DNA of 64,000 bases from Candidatus Cloacimonadales bacterium (GTDB lineage: Bacteria > Cloacimonadota > Cloacimonadia > Cloacimonadales > JAFGVF01): assembly GCA_963663475.2 (NCBI GenBank), contig CAXXJV010000001.1, forward strand, positions 1,056,001 through 1,120,000, read 5' to 3'. Position 1 is the stretch's first letter. Every line of letters begins with the position of its first letter. Position numbers and translations under genes: made by a program. The notes below the pieces were generated by a model that had not been told where the DNA came from, made no database searches, and saw only the letters and a list, made by a program, of their open reading frames with translations. Positions 1 to 10,075 of the stretch are shown here, piece by piece.

Positions 1-1628
1 TATTTTGATTCAGGATATTCTCTTGTGAGAAAATCTAAAATATCATAAGCATACTGTGGTTCTTTAAATATATCAACATAAAGGAAGGCTTTTACAAAGT
101 TTGCAAAAGGGATATATTCTTGGTCAAATGTTACTAAAACCTCTTCGATGTTTTTTATTCTGGTATCAATACTCAATGAATCACGACGAAGTAGGTCAAT
201 TTGGGTATTGAGACTATCCAGTTGGCTTTCTAATTCCACCATTTTTTGCCCATTTGGATCTATACTTTTTAAAGAATCAGCTATCAGAGTATCTGCTAAA
301 GTGTTGGTATTAAGTGTTAGAGTTCTTAAGCTATCAATAACTTGAACCATACTATTAGTTTGTTGAGATGCTTGATCTAGTTCTAGGGAAAGAGAATCTA
401 GTTTTATGCTTAGACTATCTTTACGGTTAATGAATCTAGACTTGTTATTGATAATTGTATCATAAACAACTATGGCAGAATCAGGAAGTTGCATGATGTC
501 AAGGTAGTATTGGGCAAGTTTAAATTGCTCATCAACTAGTTGTTTAGGCTCTAGTTGCGAGTCATCATCTTTAAATAATTGAATTTGACTTGCTACCGAG
601 CTTTTGGCAACAGAACTTTCAACAAGCTCAGAATTAGAATCTGCCTTCTTAACATTGTTAAAGTGGGTAATAGCAAGACTTAGACTATCAGTATTAGTTA
701 GGTAGTAATTACCTAAAACATAGTTTGTTTCTGCACTAATAGGTCCTCTTTGGTTGCCATCAATAAGAGAAGTTAAAAGCTCAATACCCTGGTCTTCTTG
801 GCTATTATCTAAGAGAATTTTTCCTTGTAGAAGGGTAATTTTATTCTTCTCCTCTCTTCTATATTCATCTTCTAAGAGTTTCTTGGTCTGCTTAAGAGCT
901 ACAGAATAGTTTTTTAAGTGGTAGTTAGCAAGTGCTATATAGTAGCGAGCATCATACTTAATTTCTCTATCATTCTTAAGTTTTAAAAATCTTTCTAATG
1001 AGGAAATAGTGTCTTGGTATTTCTTTTCTGCAAAGTAATTCAAGCCAATAAAATAAGAAGCTTGTTTGTATTCAGGAGTCGATTTATGCTCATCAATAAT
1101 GATATTGAGATAAAATCTAGCTCTTTCAAATTCTTTGTCTTCAGTATAGAAATCAGCAATTTTAAGTAAGACTTTTGCTTCGTCTTTCTTGTTTTTAGGG
1201 GAAAGAATTTCAGCTTCTAACAGAGAGTAGGCTTGGTCAAGTCTTGATAAATCACGATGAGTTTGAGCTTTTAAGATAACTGCATCAGTATAGAATTCAC
1301 TATCAGGGAAGTATTGAATGAGCTTGTCGCACTGTTCAAAAACTTGTTTAGTCGAACCACCTTTTTTATAGAAGCTAAGTGCCATAAGATAGATTGCATC
1401 ATCAACGTATTTACTATTTGGGTAGAATTCAAGGAGAGAAGCACATTTTTTAATGACATCATTATACTCTTGCTGGGCTGCTCTGGAAGCTCTACCTGAA
1501 GCTTCTAAGTCTCGGGAACTAGCTTCTTTAAAAAGCTCTTTAGCATTATAAAAAGTGTTGTAATAAGCACATGAAGCAAGAAAAATTATAGCTATTACGA
1601 GGGCTGATAGGATGAAGACTCTCTTCAT
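1..1628 (-). CDS. TPR-repeat lipoprotein (SprE/PorW-like), runs off the left edge
   Basis: Missing from the ORF track because there is no stop in the window. Hand translation from the ATG at 1628 (GGAG RBS upstream) gives MKRVFILSALVIAIIFLASCAYYNTFYNAKELF..., with lipobox LASC and helical TPR-like repeats (DDAIYLMALSFYKK, YDARYYIALANYHLKNY). The frame stays open to position 3. Confidence 0.8.
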   Translation of the reverse strand, partial: MKRVFILSALVIAIIFLASCAYYNTFYNAKELFKEASSRDLEASGRASRAAQQEYNDVIKKCASLLEFYPNSKYVDDAIYLMALSFYKKGGSTKQVFEQCDKLIQYFPDSEFYTDAVILKAQTHRDLSRLDQAYSLLEAEILSPKNKKDEAKVLLKIADFYTEDKEFERARFYLNIIIDEHKSTPEYKQASYFIGLNYFAEKKYQDTISSLERFLKLKNDREIKYDARYYIALANYHLKNYSVALKQTKKLLEDEYRREEKNKITLLQGKILLDNSQEDQGIELLTSLIDGNQRGPISAETNYVLGNYYLTNTDSLSLAITHFNNVKKADSNSELVESSVAKSSVASQIQLFKDDDSQLEPKQLVDEQFKLAQYYLDIMQLPDSAIVVYDTIINNKSRFINRKDSLSIKLDSLSLELDQASQQTNSMVQVIDSLRTLTLNTNTLADTLIADSLKSIDPNGQKMVELESQLDSLNTQIDLLRRDSLSIDTRIKNIEEVLVTFDQEYIPFANFVKAFLYVDIFKEPQYAYDILDFLTREYPESK

Positions 1629-1663
1629 ATATACTCCTGAAAAATAAGCTGTTTATAGGCAAT

Positions 1664-1691
1664 ATGGTTGGTAGTAGCTACTACCAACCAT
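1664..1691. repeat. Perfect 28-bp palindrome between hutH and the TPR gene
   Basis: ATGGTTGGTAGTAG|CTACTACCAACCAT with no U-tract; possibly an mRNA stem-loop or processing site. Confidence 0.6.
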
Positions 1692-1700
1692 TGAATATAT

Positions 1701-3227
1701 TTATTTTAAGGTTAAATATTTTTCTACAATTTCGATTGGACGGAAGGAAGATACGAAATCTTTCATCTTTCTCATATCAGGATAAATAATTCTATCTCTA
1801 TCAATATAATCTACAAAAGAGCGAATTTCAGCTTTGATAGCTTCAATTGGTTCAGAAGATTTTACTTTTCTATCATCTAATGCTTGGCAGTTAGCCATAA
1901 GCTCTATTGCTAATACATGCTCACAGTTATCAATAATAGTTCTAGCTTTTACTGCAGAAATTGTTCCCATAGAAACATGGTCTTCTTGAAGTGCAGATGT
2001 AGGAATTGAATCTACTGAAGCAGGATGAGCTAAAACTTTGTTTTCAGAAACCAAAGAAGCAGCAGTTAATTGGGCAATCATAAATCCTGAATCAATACCA
2101 GGACGTGGAGCTAGGAAAGCTTTTAAACCACGAGACTGGGCAGGATTGAAAAGTTGTTCCATTCTTCTTTCTGAAATATTAGCTAGTTCAGCACTGGCAA
2201 TACCTAGGGTATCTAAAGCAATAGCAACTGGTTCTCCATGGAAGTTTCCACCAGAAATTACTCTATCTTGGTCAGGGAAAATAAGAGGGTTGTCTGTAGC
2301 TGAGTTAATTTCAACATCTAGAACAGTCTTTACATAGTCTAATGCTTGTCTTACAGCTCCATGTACTTGAGCACCACAACGCATACTATAAGGATCTTGA
2401 ACATTCTCACATCCCTTATGTGATTCTCTTAATTGGCTACCTGCTAAAAGATTTAAAATATTATCTGCTGAGGCTAATTGACCAGTGTGTGGTCTAACTT
2501 GATGGATTAAGGCATCAAAAGCATCTGTAGTTCCTAAGTAAGCATCTAAGGAAGCTGCATGAGCTATGTCAGCAGTTCTGCATAATCTTAGTGCTCTGAT
2601 ATAAGCCAAGGCCCCTACAGCAGTCATAACTTGTGTACCATTATTTAAAGCTAGACCTTCTTTAGCTACCAATTTTACAGGTTTAATTCCAGCTTTTTCC
2701 ATTGCTTCAGCACCAGACATTTGTTTACCTTGATAGAAAGCTTCACCTTTACCAAGTAAAACTAAAGCAAGATGAGATAGGGGAGCTAAATCTCCACTAG
2801 CACCAACTGAACCTTTTTCAGGAATGCAAGGAGTAACATCTTTATTTAACATCTCAATTAAAGTTTCCAGTGTAGATAATCTTATGCCAGAATGACCTTT
2901 AGCTAAAACACAAATTCTAAGAAGCATAATAGCACGTGCTTCAGGAATTGAGAAGAAGTCTCCAACACCTGTTGCATGACTGAGAATTAAATTCTCTTGT
3001 AATTCAGCAATATCTTCTTGAGCAATAGTGATAGTAGAAAACTTACCAAAACCAGTAGTTAATCCATAGACTATTCTGCCTTCATCTATTACTTTATCAA
3101 CGTAGTTACGACATTTAATAACTTTGTCTCTACTATCATCAGTTAGAGCTACTTGAGTATTGTTATGGGCAACATCCCACACATTTTCTAAGGTAAGGTT
3201 ATTACCATCAATTAATATCTTATCCAT
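1701..3227 (-). CDS. hutH: Histidine ammonia-lyase
   Basis: YGLTTGFG, MIO-forming GASGDLAPL, QDPYSMRC, SGGNFHG and QEDHVSMG motifs; 508 aa. Confidence 0.97.
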   Translation of the reverse strand: MDKILIDGNNLTLENVWDVAHNNTQVALTDDSRDKVIKCRNYVDKVIDEGRIVYGLTTGFGKFSTITIAQEDIAELQENLILSHATGVGDFFSIPEARAIMLLRICVLAKGHSGIRLSTLETLIEMLNKDVTPCIPEKGSVGASGDLAPLSHLALVLLGKGEAFYQGKQMSGAEAMEKAGIKPVKLVAKEGLALNNGTQVMTAVGALAYIRALRLCRTADIAHAASLDAYLGTTDAFDALIHQVRPHTGQLASADNILNLLAGSQLRESHKGCENVQDPYSMRCGAQVHGAVRQALDYVKTVLDVEINSATDNPLIFPDQDRVISGGNFHGEPVAIALDTLGIASAELANISERRMEQLFNPAQSRGLKAFLAPRPGIDSGFMIAQLTAASLVSENKVLAHPASVDSIPTSALQEDHVSMGTISAVKARTIIDNCEHVLAIELMANCQALDDRKVKSSEPIEAIKAEIRSFVDYIDRDRIIYPDMRKMKDFVSSFRPIEIVEKYLTLK

Positions 3228-3527
3228 GTTTACCTCATGTTATTATTTTTTATATCATTAAAATATTAGACACTATTTTTGTCAATAATCAAATGTTTGA
3301 TATTGAGATAGATGGAAGAAAATGAGAATTCAGAACTAAAAAGAATTGAAAGACTATCACACAAATTAAAACGAATTAAGACTAATTTCACCAATTAAAA
3401 GAAGACAAAGAGGTTGAGAATAGAATAGTATTGATAATAAGCTGTGCTGAAAGCTCTTCTGTTGGAGGGTGGGCACTTTTTTATTACTTGATACAAGAAT
3501 AGAGTATAGTGGCCTTAGTATTTAGGG

Positions 3528-4286
3528 TTAAGCATTATGAGTGAAATAGAGAATTCCTTCAGTTAGAAGTTTCTGAGAGTGGAGAATTTCACCTTCTTTT
3601 GAAAGAAGATAAGCACCACCTACATATTGGTATTTATCTTTATCTATAGGGGAAATATAGTTTGTTAAGATTGTATGTTTACCAGACTTATTACATTGTT
3701 TGATGTAAAAAGGAAACTCTTCCTTTTCCCAAAAGTCCTCATAATTTGATTTTATTTCAATTGCTCTAGCAAAAGGAACTAGTAGATAATCAGAATTTGT
3801 TTTATTTATCCTATCAATAAGATTTTCATCAAATAGGTCTCCACAGATTAGACAAGTAAAAGAGTAGCTCTTTATAATAAAGGTGTATATTTCATTTCCT
3901 TGTAAATAGATTGATTTGTCGGCGTGATTATCATGCCATCCTAAAGATATTCTTCTATAATTAGCTATTATTTTTCCAACTGAATTTATGCACATGAAAC
4001 TATCATAAAGTGTATGATTAACTTTTTCAAAATAGCCGAAAGCTATAGCTATATTTTCTTTGAAGGCAATTTGTTGTAACTTCTGTATCTCTAAAGAATC
4101 TTTTTCTAAAGCAAGCTGGAAATCGTGTTCAGGCTCATCAGTATTAATTAATCCTGTTAATACAGCTTCTGGAAAAATTATAAAGTCAGCATTCTTGGCT
4201 GATGCGATTAAAACAAAGTGTTCAATCTTTTCTAAGTTTTTTACTAGAGTTTCTTCAATCATGGGAGTAACTACAGCAAATTTCAT
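3528..4286 (-). CDS. Carbon-nitrogen hydrolase (nitrilase family)
   Basis: FIIFPEA (catalytic Glu) and LICGD (nucleophilic Cys). The usual YRK motif reads YRRI here. Confidence 0.8.
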   Translation of the reverse strand: MKFAVVTPMIEETLVKNLEKIEHFVLIASAKNADFIIFPEAVLTGLINTDEPEHDFQLALEKDSLEIQKLQQIAFKENIAIAFGYFEKVNHTLYDSFMCINSVGKIIANYRRISLGWHDNHADKSIYLQGNEIYTFIIKSYSFTCLICGDLFDENLIDRINKTNSDYLLVPFARAIEIKSNYEDFWEKEEFPFYIKQCNKSGKHTILTNYISPIDKDKYQYVGGAYLLSKEGEILHSQKLLTEGILYFTHNA

Positions 4287-4343
4287 ATAATCTCCTAAAT
4301 CTCAATTAAATACATTATTAGTTGTTCTGTTCCTTTAGTCAAT

Positions 4344-4372
4344 AAAAAAAAGCCCCGCATTAGCGAGGCTTT
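4344..4372 (-). terminator. Rho-independent terminator of the C25 peptidase gene
   Basis: Stem AGCCCCGC-atta-GCGAGGCT with an A-tract on the + strand (U-tract on -). Confidence 0.7.
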
Positions 4373-4418
4373 AGTATTATTTTTCCTGAAATGCCTGCAA
4401 AGGCAAGCCTTGTCAGTT

Positions 4419-7400
4419 CTATTTCATTAAGATCATTTTACTAGTTTTAGAATAATCACCAGTAGTCATTTTGTAGAAGTAGACACCTGAAGCAACGCTT
4501 GAGTTGTTAGCATCTTTACCATTCCATACAACTTGATGATTACCAGCTTGTCTTTCTTCACTAAGAAGAGTTTTAACTTTCTGTCCAAGGATATTATAGA
4601 TAACAAGGTCAACTCTTCCTGCTTTATTCATACCGAAAGAAATTGTAGTTTCTGGGTTGAATGGATTTGGATAGTTACCTTTTAAAGTAGTAACAGCTGG
4701 AATTGCTTGATTATCATTTGAAACAGGGTTAGCAATACCTGCAAGGTAGATGATAATTTCATTATTATCAGGGTCATCAGTAGTAATAGTAGCTTGACTA
4801 GAGAATTCTTGGTCTCTACTTGGAGCAAATACTAAGTTATGTTCAATTTCTTGGTCAGGTAAAATACTAAAGTTAAGAGAAGAAACAAGCTCTTCATTAT
4901 CATTCATTATAAAGAATGGGTCTTGAATTTGGATAGTTACAATACCTGCACTTTCACCTGAGTTAGTAAAATTAATAGGTAATTGAGCAGATTCGCCTAC
5001 AAGAATTTCACCAAAGTTATATTCTTCAGTGGTAATAGCGATAACTGGAGCACCAGGAGCTTGACCAGATCCACCAGGGAAGGTAACATAGTCAAGGTAG
5101 AAACAGTCATCATTATCTTCTACCATATAGTCTTTAGTATATTTCCATTCGAAAACATTATTACCTGCAGGAACTTCAAAAGTATATTCATCCCAAGCAA
5201 CTTCACCACTAAGATGTAATAGTTGTTGTCCGTTAATCTTGAAGTCAACCCAATCATAATTAGATTCAGTTGAAACGTGTAACCAGAAGCTAATTTCACC
5301 AGCAACAGGGGAATTAAATTCAACAGAAGCAGAAGTAGTACCACTGTTAGGGATATCAGCAGATTTTAAGGAATATTGACCTTCATAAGCATTATCAGAG
5401 AAAGTGAAATCACCAACAGTAGTCCAACCAAAGGCTTCTAGTGATTGTGATTCAAAGTCATCAACAGCAAGACCAACAAAAGCAGAGTATTGGCTTGATG
5501 TAGAAAGGCTACCATACTGGGCAGTGATATCAAAGATTAATTCTTGACCACTAGGGATTTGGCTACTTAACATAACCTCAAATGAAACTTCTTGATTATC
5601 ATTAGTTTCAAGATCTTCAATTTGAATATTATTGTTATTAGCAACAACTAATCCAGCAGGACATTCAATACTAACATTAGTCAAAGCAGCTACATAGCCA
5701 CCAATATTTTCTATAGGAAGTGATAACATGAAAGTTTCACCTGCATCCATACGTTGGTTGCCATTACCAAGAACTTCAGTAGCTTCAACTTGGCCGATAG
5801 TAAGTTCTGGAGCATGGTTAACTAAGTAGATTTCATATTCCCATTGATTAGCAGCTTGGTCAGCATCAATGTTCACGGTGAAAGGAATCATATAGTTATT
5901 TTCAATATTATGTGGAATAGAGATAGTAAAGGCGTCTGCTGGAAGTGAAATAACTTGGTCAGCAGAGATAGATTCAACTGTTACTTGGTTGTTTTCAATG
6001 ACAAGTCCTGCCTGATCAGAAGCTAAAGTAATAGTTAAGTCAGAAGAAGTTTCCACACCAACATTTTTGATATCGAAAGTAAAGTTACCTTCATAGCCGA
6101 TATGAGTTTCAGTAATAGGAAGGTTGTCAATAACTACATAAGAACCTTCTGCAGGAGTAATAGAAACTAGTTCAACAGCAGTAATTTTATTAAAACCTGT
6201 AACAGTTAGAGTGAGGTCAACAGGGTTTACAGGTAAGTTTTCAAGGTTAAGAGTAACATTACCCATAGCGTCAGTATAGCCAGAACCAAGTAACTCATTA
6301 TTGTAAGAAAGTGCAACTAGAGAATTTTCTTGGCCAGTATTTACAGTGTATTCACTTGTTCCCACGAATAAAATACCAGTATGATTTAAAGAAAATTCAT
6401 CAGGAGTATTAGTTCTTACTTGTAAAGAAGCATCACCAAAGATATGCCAAGTTTCATACATGTCAATACCATCTGAACCATAAGAATCCATCATTTCGCA
6501 AGAACCACTATAGTAAAGTCCACCAATAGTTGAAAGCTCTTCTCCAGTTAAAAGGTCTGTGATTTCATCTTGTCCACGCATTGGTGAATTCCATGATTGG
6601 TTGATAGTAGAAGCATACATTACCATAGCACCAGCAGGACTACCATTATGGGTAGCTCTAAGCCATGCTTCAGCAAAACATGTATTGCTAACAAAGTTAC
6701 CGTTAACACAGGCAACAGATACGATGAAAGGAAGTTTGCCAACGTTTGTTAAGTTATTAACATGGCTATTTGAGAAGCCTGTTGTAACCCAAGTTGTGTT
6801 TGAACCATGACCTACATAGTTCATAAAGCCACGTCCTTCATTAACTGCATTAGCTATATGAGTTGTGTTAGCACTTGGAGCATAAATTTGATCTACTTCA
6901 GTGTAGTTGTAGCCAAGTAAATCGTCTCTAATTAAATTCATGTGAGTAATATCAGATTCACCCATATCACCTTGAGAACCGCCACCTTCACCTGAAGCAA
7001 TACCAGTTGCTTTAGTTAAATAATCGTTAGTTCCATTCTCATCTCTTTCATAAGCAATAGTTCTTTCAACTTGAGTAGCTAATTGGTCAACATTCTCAGC
7101 TGAGAATCTTCCAATAAAGATGTCAGGATAAGAATCATTACCAGCAACAAGAGCATACATAGGGTCTGCTCCACCACCACCTGAAGATAAAGTTGCTACT
7201 TGAGGAGCATCACCAGCAATTTGAACAAAAGCTAAATCATCATGAGTGTCATAATAATTTTGAATATAGTTTTTGATGCTGTTTGCATTGTTACCAATAG
7301 TAGCTACATCAACCATTTCAGTATGGATACCTTTTTGATTTTTCCAATCTACATAAAGTTGCATTGTAGAGAAATAGTTCTGAGGAGCGATAACTAAAAT

Positions 7401-8099
7401 AGTACCAAACTCATCTAATGGGTCATATCTATTTTCTTGATAGTTTAAGAAATGATTTTTATAAATAAAATCAAATGATTCAACATTCTTAACACTACGA
7501 GTAAGAATATTTTCACCAGCCTTACCAGTGTTTGCAACAGCTACTCTAATGTTAGTATAAACTCTTAGTATATTAGTTGTAGGATTGTACTGGAAAGGAT
7601 TGAAAGTAACAGTAACACCACGATGATTTCTCATGATGTAAGCTGAACCTAAAGTTGAAATTTCTTGAGGGAAAAAGTTATCTTGCTGATATATTTCTCC
7701 AAAAACATAAGGTACAGTAGCTGGATCAATATCTCTAGTGATAACACCTTTTGAAGGGGCTACTGCTACTTGATATTCAACATAATCAGAATCGATAATT
7801 CTCATTTCTGGTTTGGCATGATTATCAATAATGATAGATCTGCTTACTGTTGGAACTTCTGGAGCTCCTTTAATATAAGTCTCAGCTTCTTTGTCTAAAG
7901 AAATCTGATTAAAAACTTGTCCGTTAATAAGAACTTCACTCTTGTTAAAATAACCAAGAGACATTTCAATAACTGTCTCACTCGCGTCAGATGCTATTAA
8001 ATTAACCTGATTATCAGAGTTTCCTACTCTAACAACCTCTGCACTTAAAGAAAGAACTAAGGTTAACATTAGCATTACTACTAAAAAACTTCTTTTCAT
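4419..8099 (-). CDS. Gingipain-like C25 cysteine peptidase with propeptide, Ig-like domains and T9SS C-terminal domain
   Basis: Signal peptide; C25 motifs YPDIFIGRFS, NYVGHGS (His), SVACVNG (Cys), WHIFGD; C-terminal NYPNPFNPETTISF...SGVYFYKM...KMILMK. Confidence 0.92.
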   Translation of the reverse strand: MKRSFLVVMLMLTLVLSLSAEVVRVGNSDNQVNLIASDASETVIEMSLGYFNKSEVLINGQVFNQISLDKEAETYIKGAPEVPTVSRSIIIDNHAKPEMRIIDSDYVEYQVAVAPSKGVITRDIDPATVPYVFGEIYQQDNFFPQEISTLGSAYIMRNHRGVTVTFNPFQYNPTTNILRVYTNIRVAVANTGKAGENILTRSVKNVESFDFIYKNHFLNYQENRYDPLDEFGTILVIAPQNYFSTMQLYVDWKNQKGIHTEMVDVATIGNNANSIKNYIQNYYDTHDDLAFVQIAGDAPQVATLSSGGGGADPMYALVAGNDSYPDIFIGRFSAENVDQLATQVERTIAYERDENGTNDYLTKATGIASGEGGGSQGDMGESDITHMNLIRDDLLGYNYTEVDQIYAPSANTTHIANAVNEGRGFMNYVGHGSNTTWVTTGFSNSHVNNLTNVGKLPFIVSVACVNGNFVSNTCFAEAWLRATHNGSPAGAMVMYASTINQSWNSPMRGQDEITDLLTGEELSTIGGLYYSGSCEMMDSYGSDGIDMYETWHIFGDASLQVRTNTPDEFSLNHTGILFVGTSEYTVNTGQENSLVALSYNNELLGSGYTDAMGNVTLNLENLPVNPVDLTLTVTGFNKITAVELVSITPAEGSYVVIDNLPITETHIGYEGNFTFDIKNVGVETSSDLTITLASDQAGLVIENNQVTVESISADQVISLPADAFTISIPHNIENNYMIPFTVNIDADQAANQWEYEIYLVNHAPELTIGQVEATEVLGNGNQRMDAGETFMLSLPIENIGGYVAALTNVSIECPAGLVVANNNNIQIEDLETNDNQEVSFEVMLSSQIPSGQELIFDITAQYGSLSTSSQYSAFVGLAVDDFESQSLEAFGWTTVGDFTFSDNAYEGQYSLKSADIPNSGTTSASVEFNSPVAGEISFWLHVSTESNYDWVDFKINGQQLLHLSGEVAWDEYTFEVPAGNNVFEWKYTKDYMVEDNDDCFYLDYVTFPGGSGQAPGAPVIAITTEEYNFGEILVGESAQLPINFTNSGESAGIVTIQIQDPFFIMNDNEELVSSLNFSILPDQEIEHNLVFAPSRDQEFSSQATITTDDPDNNEIIIYLAGIANPVSNDNQAIPAVTTLKGNYPNPFNPETTISFGMNKAGRVDLVIYNILGQKVKTLLSEERQAGNHQVVWNGKDANNSSVASGVYFYKMTTGDYSKTSKMILMK

Positions 8100-8235
8100 T
8101 TTTCCTCCATATTATCATAAATCACTTATTTATTGTTCATCATTATATTATATTCATTTTATTATAATGCAAGATTGATACCACTTTTATAGGAAAGTTA
8201 TTTAGTCAATAGAAAAATGGATTATGATAATAAAA

Positions 8236-8290
8236 ACTGGGAGTGCAACACTGGGAGCGTTACTGAGAGCGCCAGCATCCCTGCTGGCAT
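8236..8290 (+). repeat. REP-like palindrome, class 1 (left outer), preceded by two truncated 5' ends
   Basis: ACTGGGAGTGC, ACTGGGAGCG, then ACTGAGAGC-GCCAGC-atccct-GCTGGC; inverted relative to the copies at 9871-9945. Confidence 0.7.
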
Positions 8291-8362
8291 CTTATCTTTT
8301 CCCTTCAGTATAGATGGACGTCTAAACTGGTACACAAGTGGAAGTTTAAAATGTGAGGAAAA

Positions 8363-8647
8363 CCTCTTAAATCCCAAAGGGATGACATTTATTAGCAAGG
8401 GGTGCAAACCCCTTGTAGAGTGCCACCACAATGGTGAGCCCTGAAAGGGCGACATAAAACATATGAATTTAACAATATAGATATTTTTCATAATATTGAA
8501 TGTTATATCATCATTCTTGCAGGATTTAACAGACATCTCCATGTTATATATTTGTCTATCCCGCTCTTTCAGGGCTAGTCTTGTTTTGGGTACTTTTCAA
8601 GGGGTTTGCACCCCTTGCTAATAAATGCCATCCCCTTGGGATTGAAG
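8363..8647. repeat. 285-bp nested-palindrome element (REPIN-like), copy A
   Basis: ~50-bp inverted arms (CTTAAATCCCAAAGGGATGACATTTATTAGCAAGGGGTGCAAACCCCTTG ... CAAGGGGTTTGCACCCCTTGCTAATAAATGCCATCCCCTTGGGATTGAAG) and an inner pair AGCCCTGAAAGGGCG/CGCTCTTTCAGGGCT; near-identical to 9581-9865. Confidence 0.9.
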
Positions 8648-8770
8648 ATAATCATTGCCTGATGGCATGATGTGGGCATCCTCACTCTCATTTAAGAAAT
8701 TCCGTCCTCTTGAGATTTAAGGTGTATTTCTTCCTTGCTATACCTTGAATATTTAAAAATATAAAACAAT

Positions 8771-9220
8771 TTAATCCCAGATATATTTTTCATTATAAGG
8801 AATATCATATTTATTTAAAAATAATAAAAATTCTTCCTGGAATGTTTTTACCCTATGATGTTCATGTTGATTTCCAATGTATTTAATAACTAAATCAATA
8901 TCTTTAGGACTAACAGAAAATGCTCCATATCCAGTTTGCCAACTGAATAATGTATATTCATAATTTTCAGATATCCACCGCGATGAGTTACTTTTTACAA
9001 ATCTAATTACTTCTATCAATGGATGTTTCTTTGATAACAGACATAGAACATGAATGTGATTCTGGTAGCCACCAATACTGATCACAGGTGAATCTATGTT
9101 TTTAAATAAACTTATAACGTAGTTGTAAATTTCTTGTTCATTTTCTGATGTGATATAGTTTTTTCTGTTTTTTGTACTAAATATGATGTGCATATAGTTC
9201 TTTACTAATGATTGACCCAT
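8771..9220 (-). CDS. tnpA: IS200/IS605-family HUH Y1 transposase, REP-associated (RAYT/TnpA-REP-like)
   Basis: HIIFSTKNR, HUH motif NHIH, WQTGYGAFSVS and catalytic Tyr in KYIGNQ; 149 aa; no tnpB; flanked by palindromic repeats. Confidence 0.9.
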   Translation of the reverse strand: MGQSLVKNYMHIIFSTKNRKNYITSENEQEIYNYVISLFKNIDSPVISIGGYQNHIHVLCLLSKKHPLIEVIRFVKSNSSRWISENYEYTLFSWQTGYGAFSVSPKDIDLVIKYIGNQHEHHRVKTFQEEFLLFLNKYDIPYNEKYIWD

Positions 9221-9530
9221 TTATCCTCCTTATGTAATCAAAATAACTATAACCTGTTATTTATTCCTCATTTTCAATCTCTTAAATTATAAAATGGGAT
9301 TTAAGAGACATTATCAGTTTATACATTCCTCTATTCTGAAATTCTATGGATTAATTTTGTAATTAGATTAATTCATATATCATACCAAATTAAGGGTAAA
9401 GAATTATTTGGTCAAGGATTAATTTAAGAAATGTGTGTTTTATTCGGAACTTTTCTGTATTTAGCAGTAGGATGATAAACAACAAAATCATTTGGTTATT
9501 AAGGTCTAAATTCTAATACAAGTTGTTGCT

Positions 9531-9560
9531 CTCTTAAATCCCAAAGGGATGGCATTTGTC
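9531..9560 (+). repeat. Extra partial left arm of the 285-bp element
   Basis: CTCTTAAATCCCAAAGGGATGGCATTTGTC, repeated at 9582-9611. Confidence 0.8.
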
Positions 9561-9580
9561 TGCTTAAACTGGGAAGAATT

Positions 9581-9865
9581 CCTCTTAAATCCCAAAGGGA
9601 TGGCATTTGTCAGCAAGGGGTGCAAACCCCTTGTAGAGTGCCACCACAATGGTGAGCCCTGAAAGGGCGACATAAAACATATGAATTTAACAATATAGAT
9701 ATTTTTCATAATATTGAATGTTATATCATCATTCTTGCAGGATTTAACAGACATCTCCATGTTATATATTTGTCTATTCCGCCCTTTCAGGGCTAGTCTT
9801 GTTTTGGGTACTTTTCAAGGGGTTTGCACCCCTTGCTAATAAATGCCATCCCCTTGGGATTGAAG
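9581..9865. repeat. 285-bp nested-palindrome element (REPIN-like), copy B
   Basis: Direct repeat of 8363-8647 (offset 1218 bp) with only a few substitutions. Confidence 0.9.
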
Positions 9866-9870
9866 AAAAG

Positions 9871-9945
9871 AATACCAGCAAGGATGCTGGCGCTCCCAGT
9901 AGAAGAATACCAGCAAGGATGCTGGCGCTCCCAGTTTATCCCAGT
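9871..9945 (-). repeat. REP-like palindromes, class 1 (right outer): two full copies and one stub
   Basis: AATACCAGCAAGGATGCTGGCGCTCCCAGT at 9871-9900 and 9906-9935, plus a TCCCAGT stub. Confidence 0.8.
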
Positions 9946-10075
9946 ATCTTATTCCTCATACTGAAAAATCTCGTATTTATAATTAGTAAAACTATAAGTC
10001 ATCAACAGTTTAGCAACTTTTTCTAATAGTTCATTCACTTCCTAATCAGCCTCTGTATAATCTGGGTTTAGCCTT

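Noticed and set aside
8217..10026. ORF-track entries 8217-8444, 8222-8542, 9506-9760 and 9799-10026
   Set aside because: They lie within the palindromic repeats, and their mutual identity only reflects the 285-bp duplication; no protein-like features.
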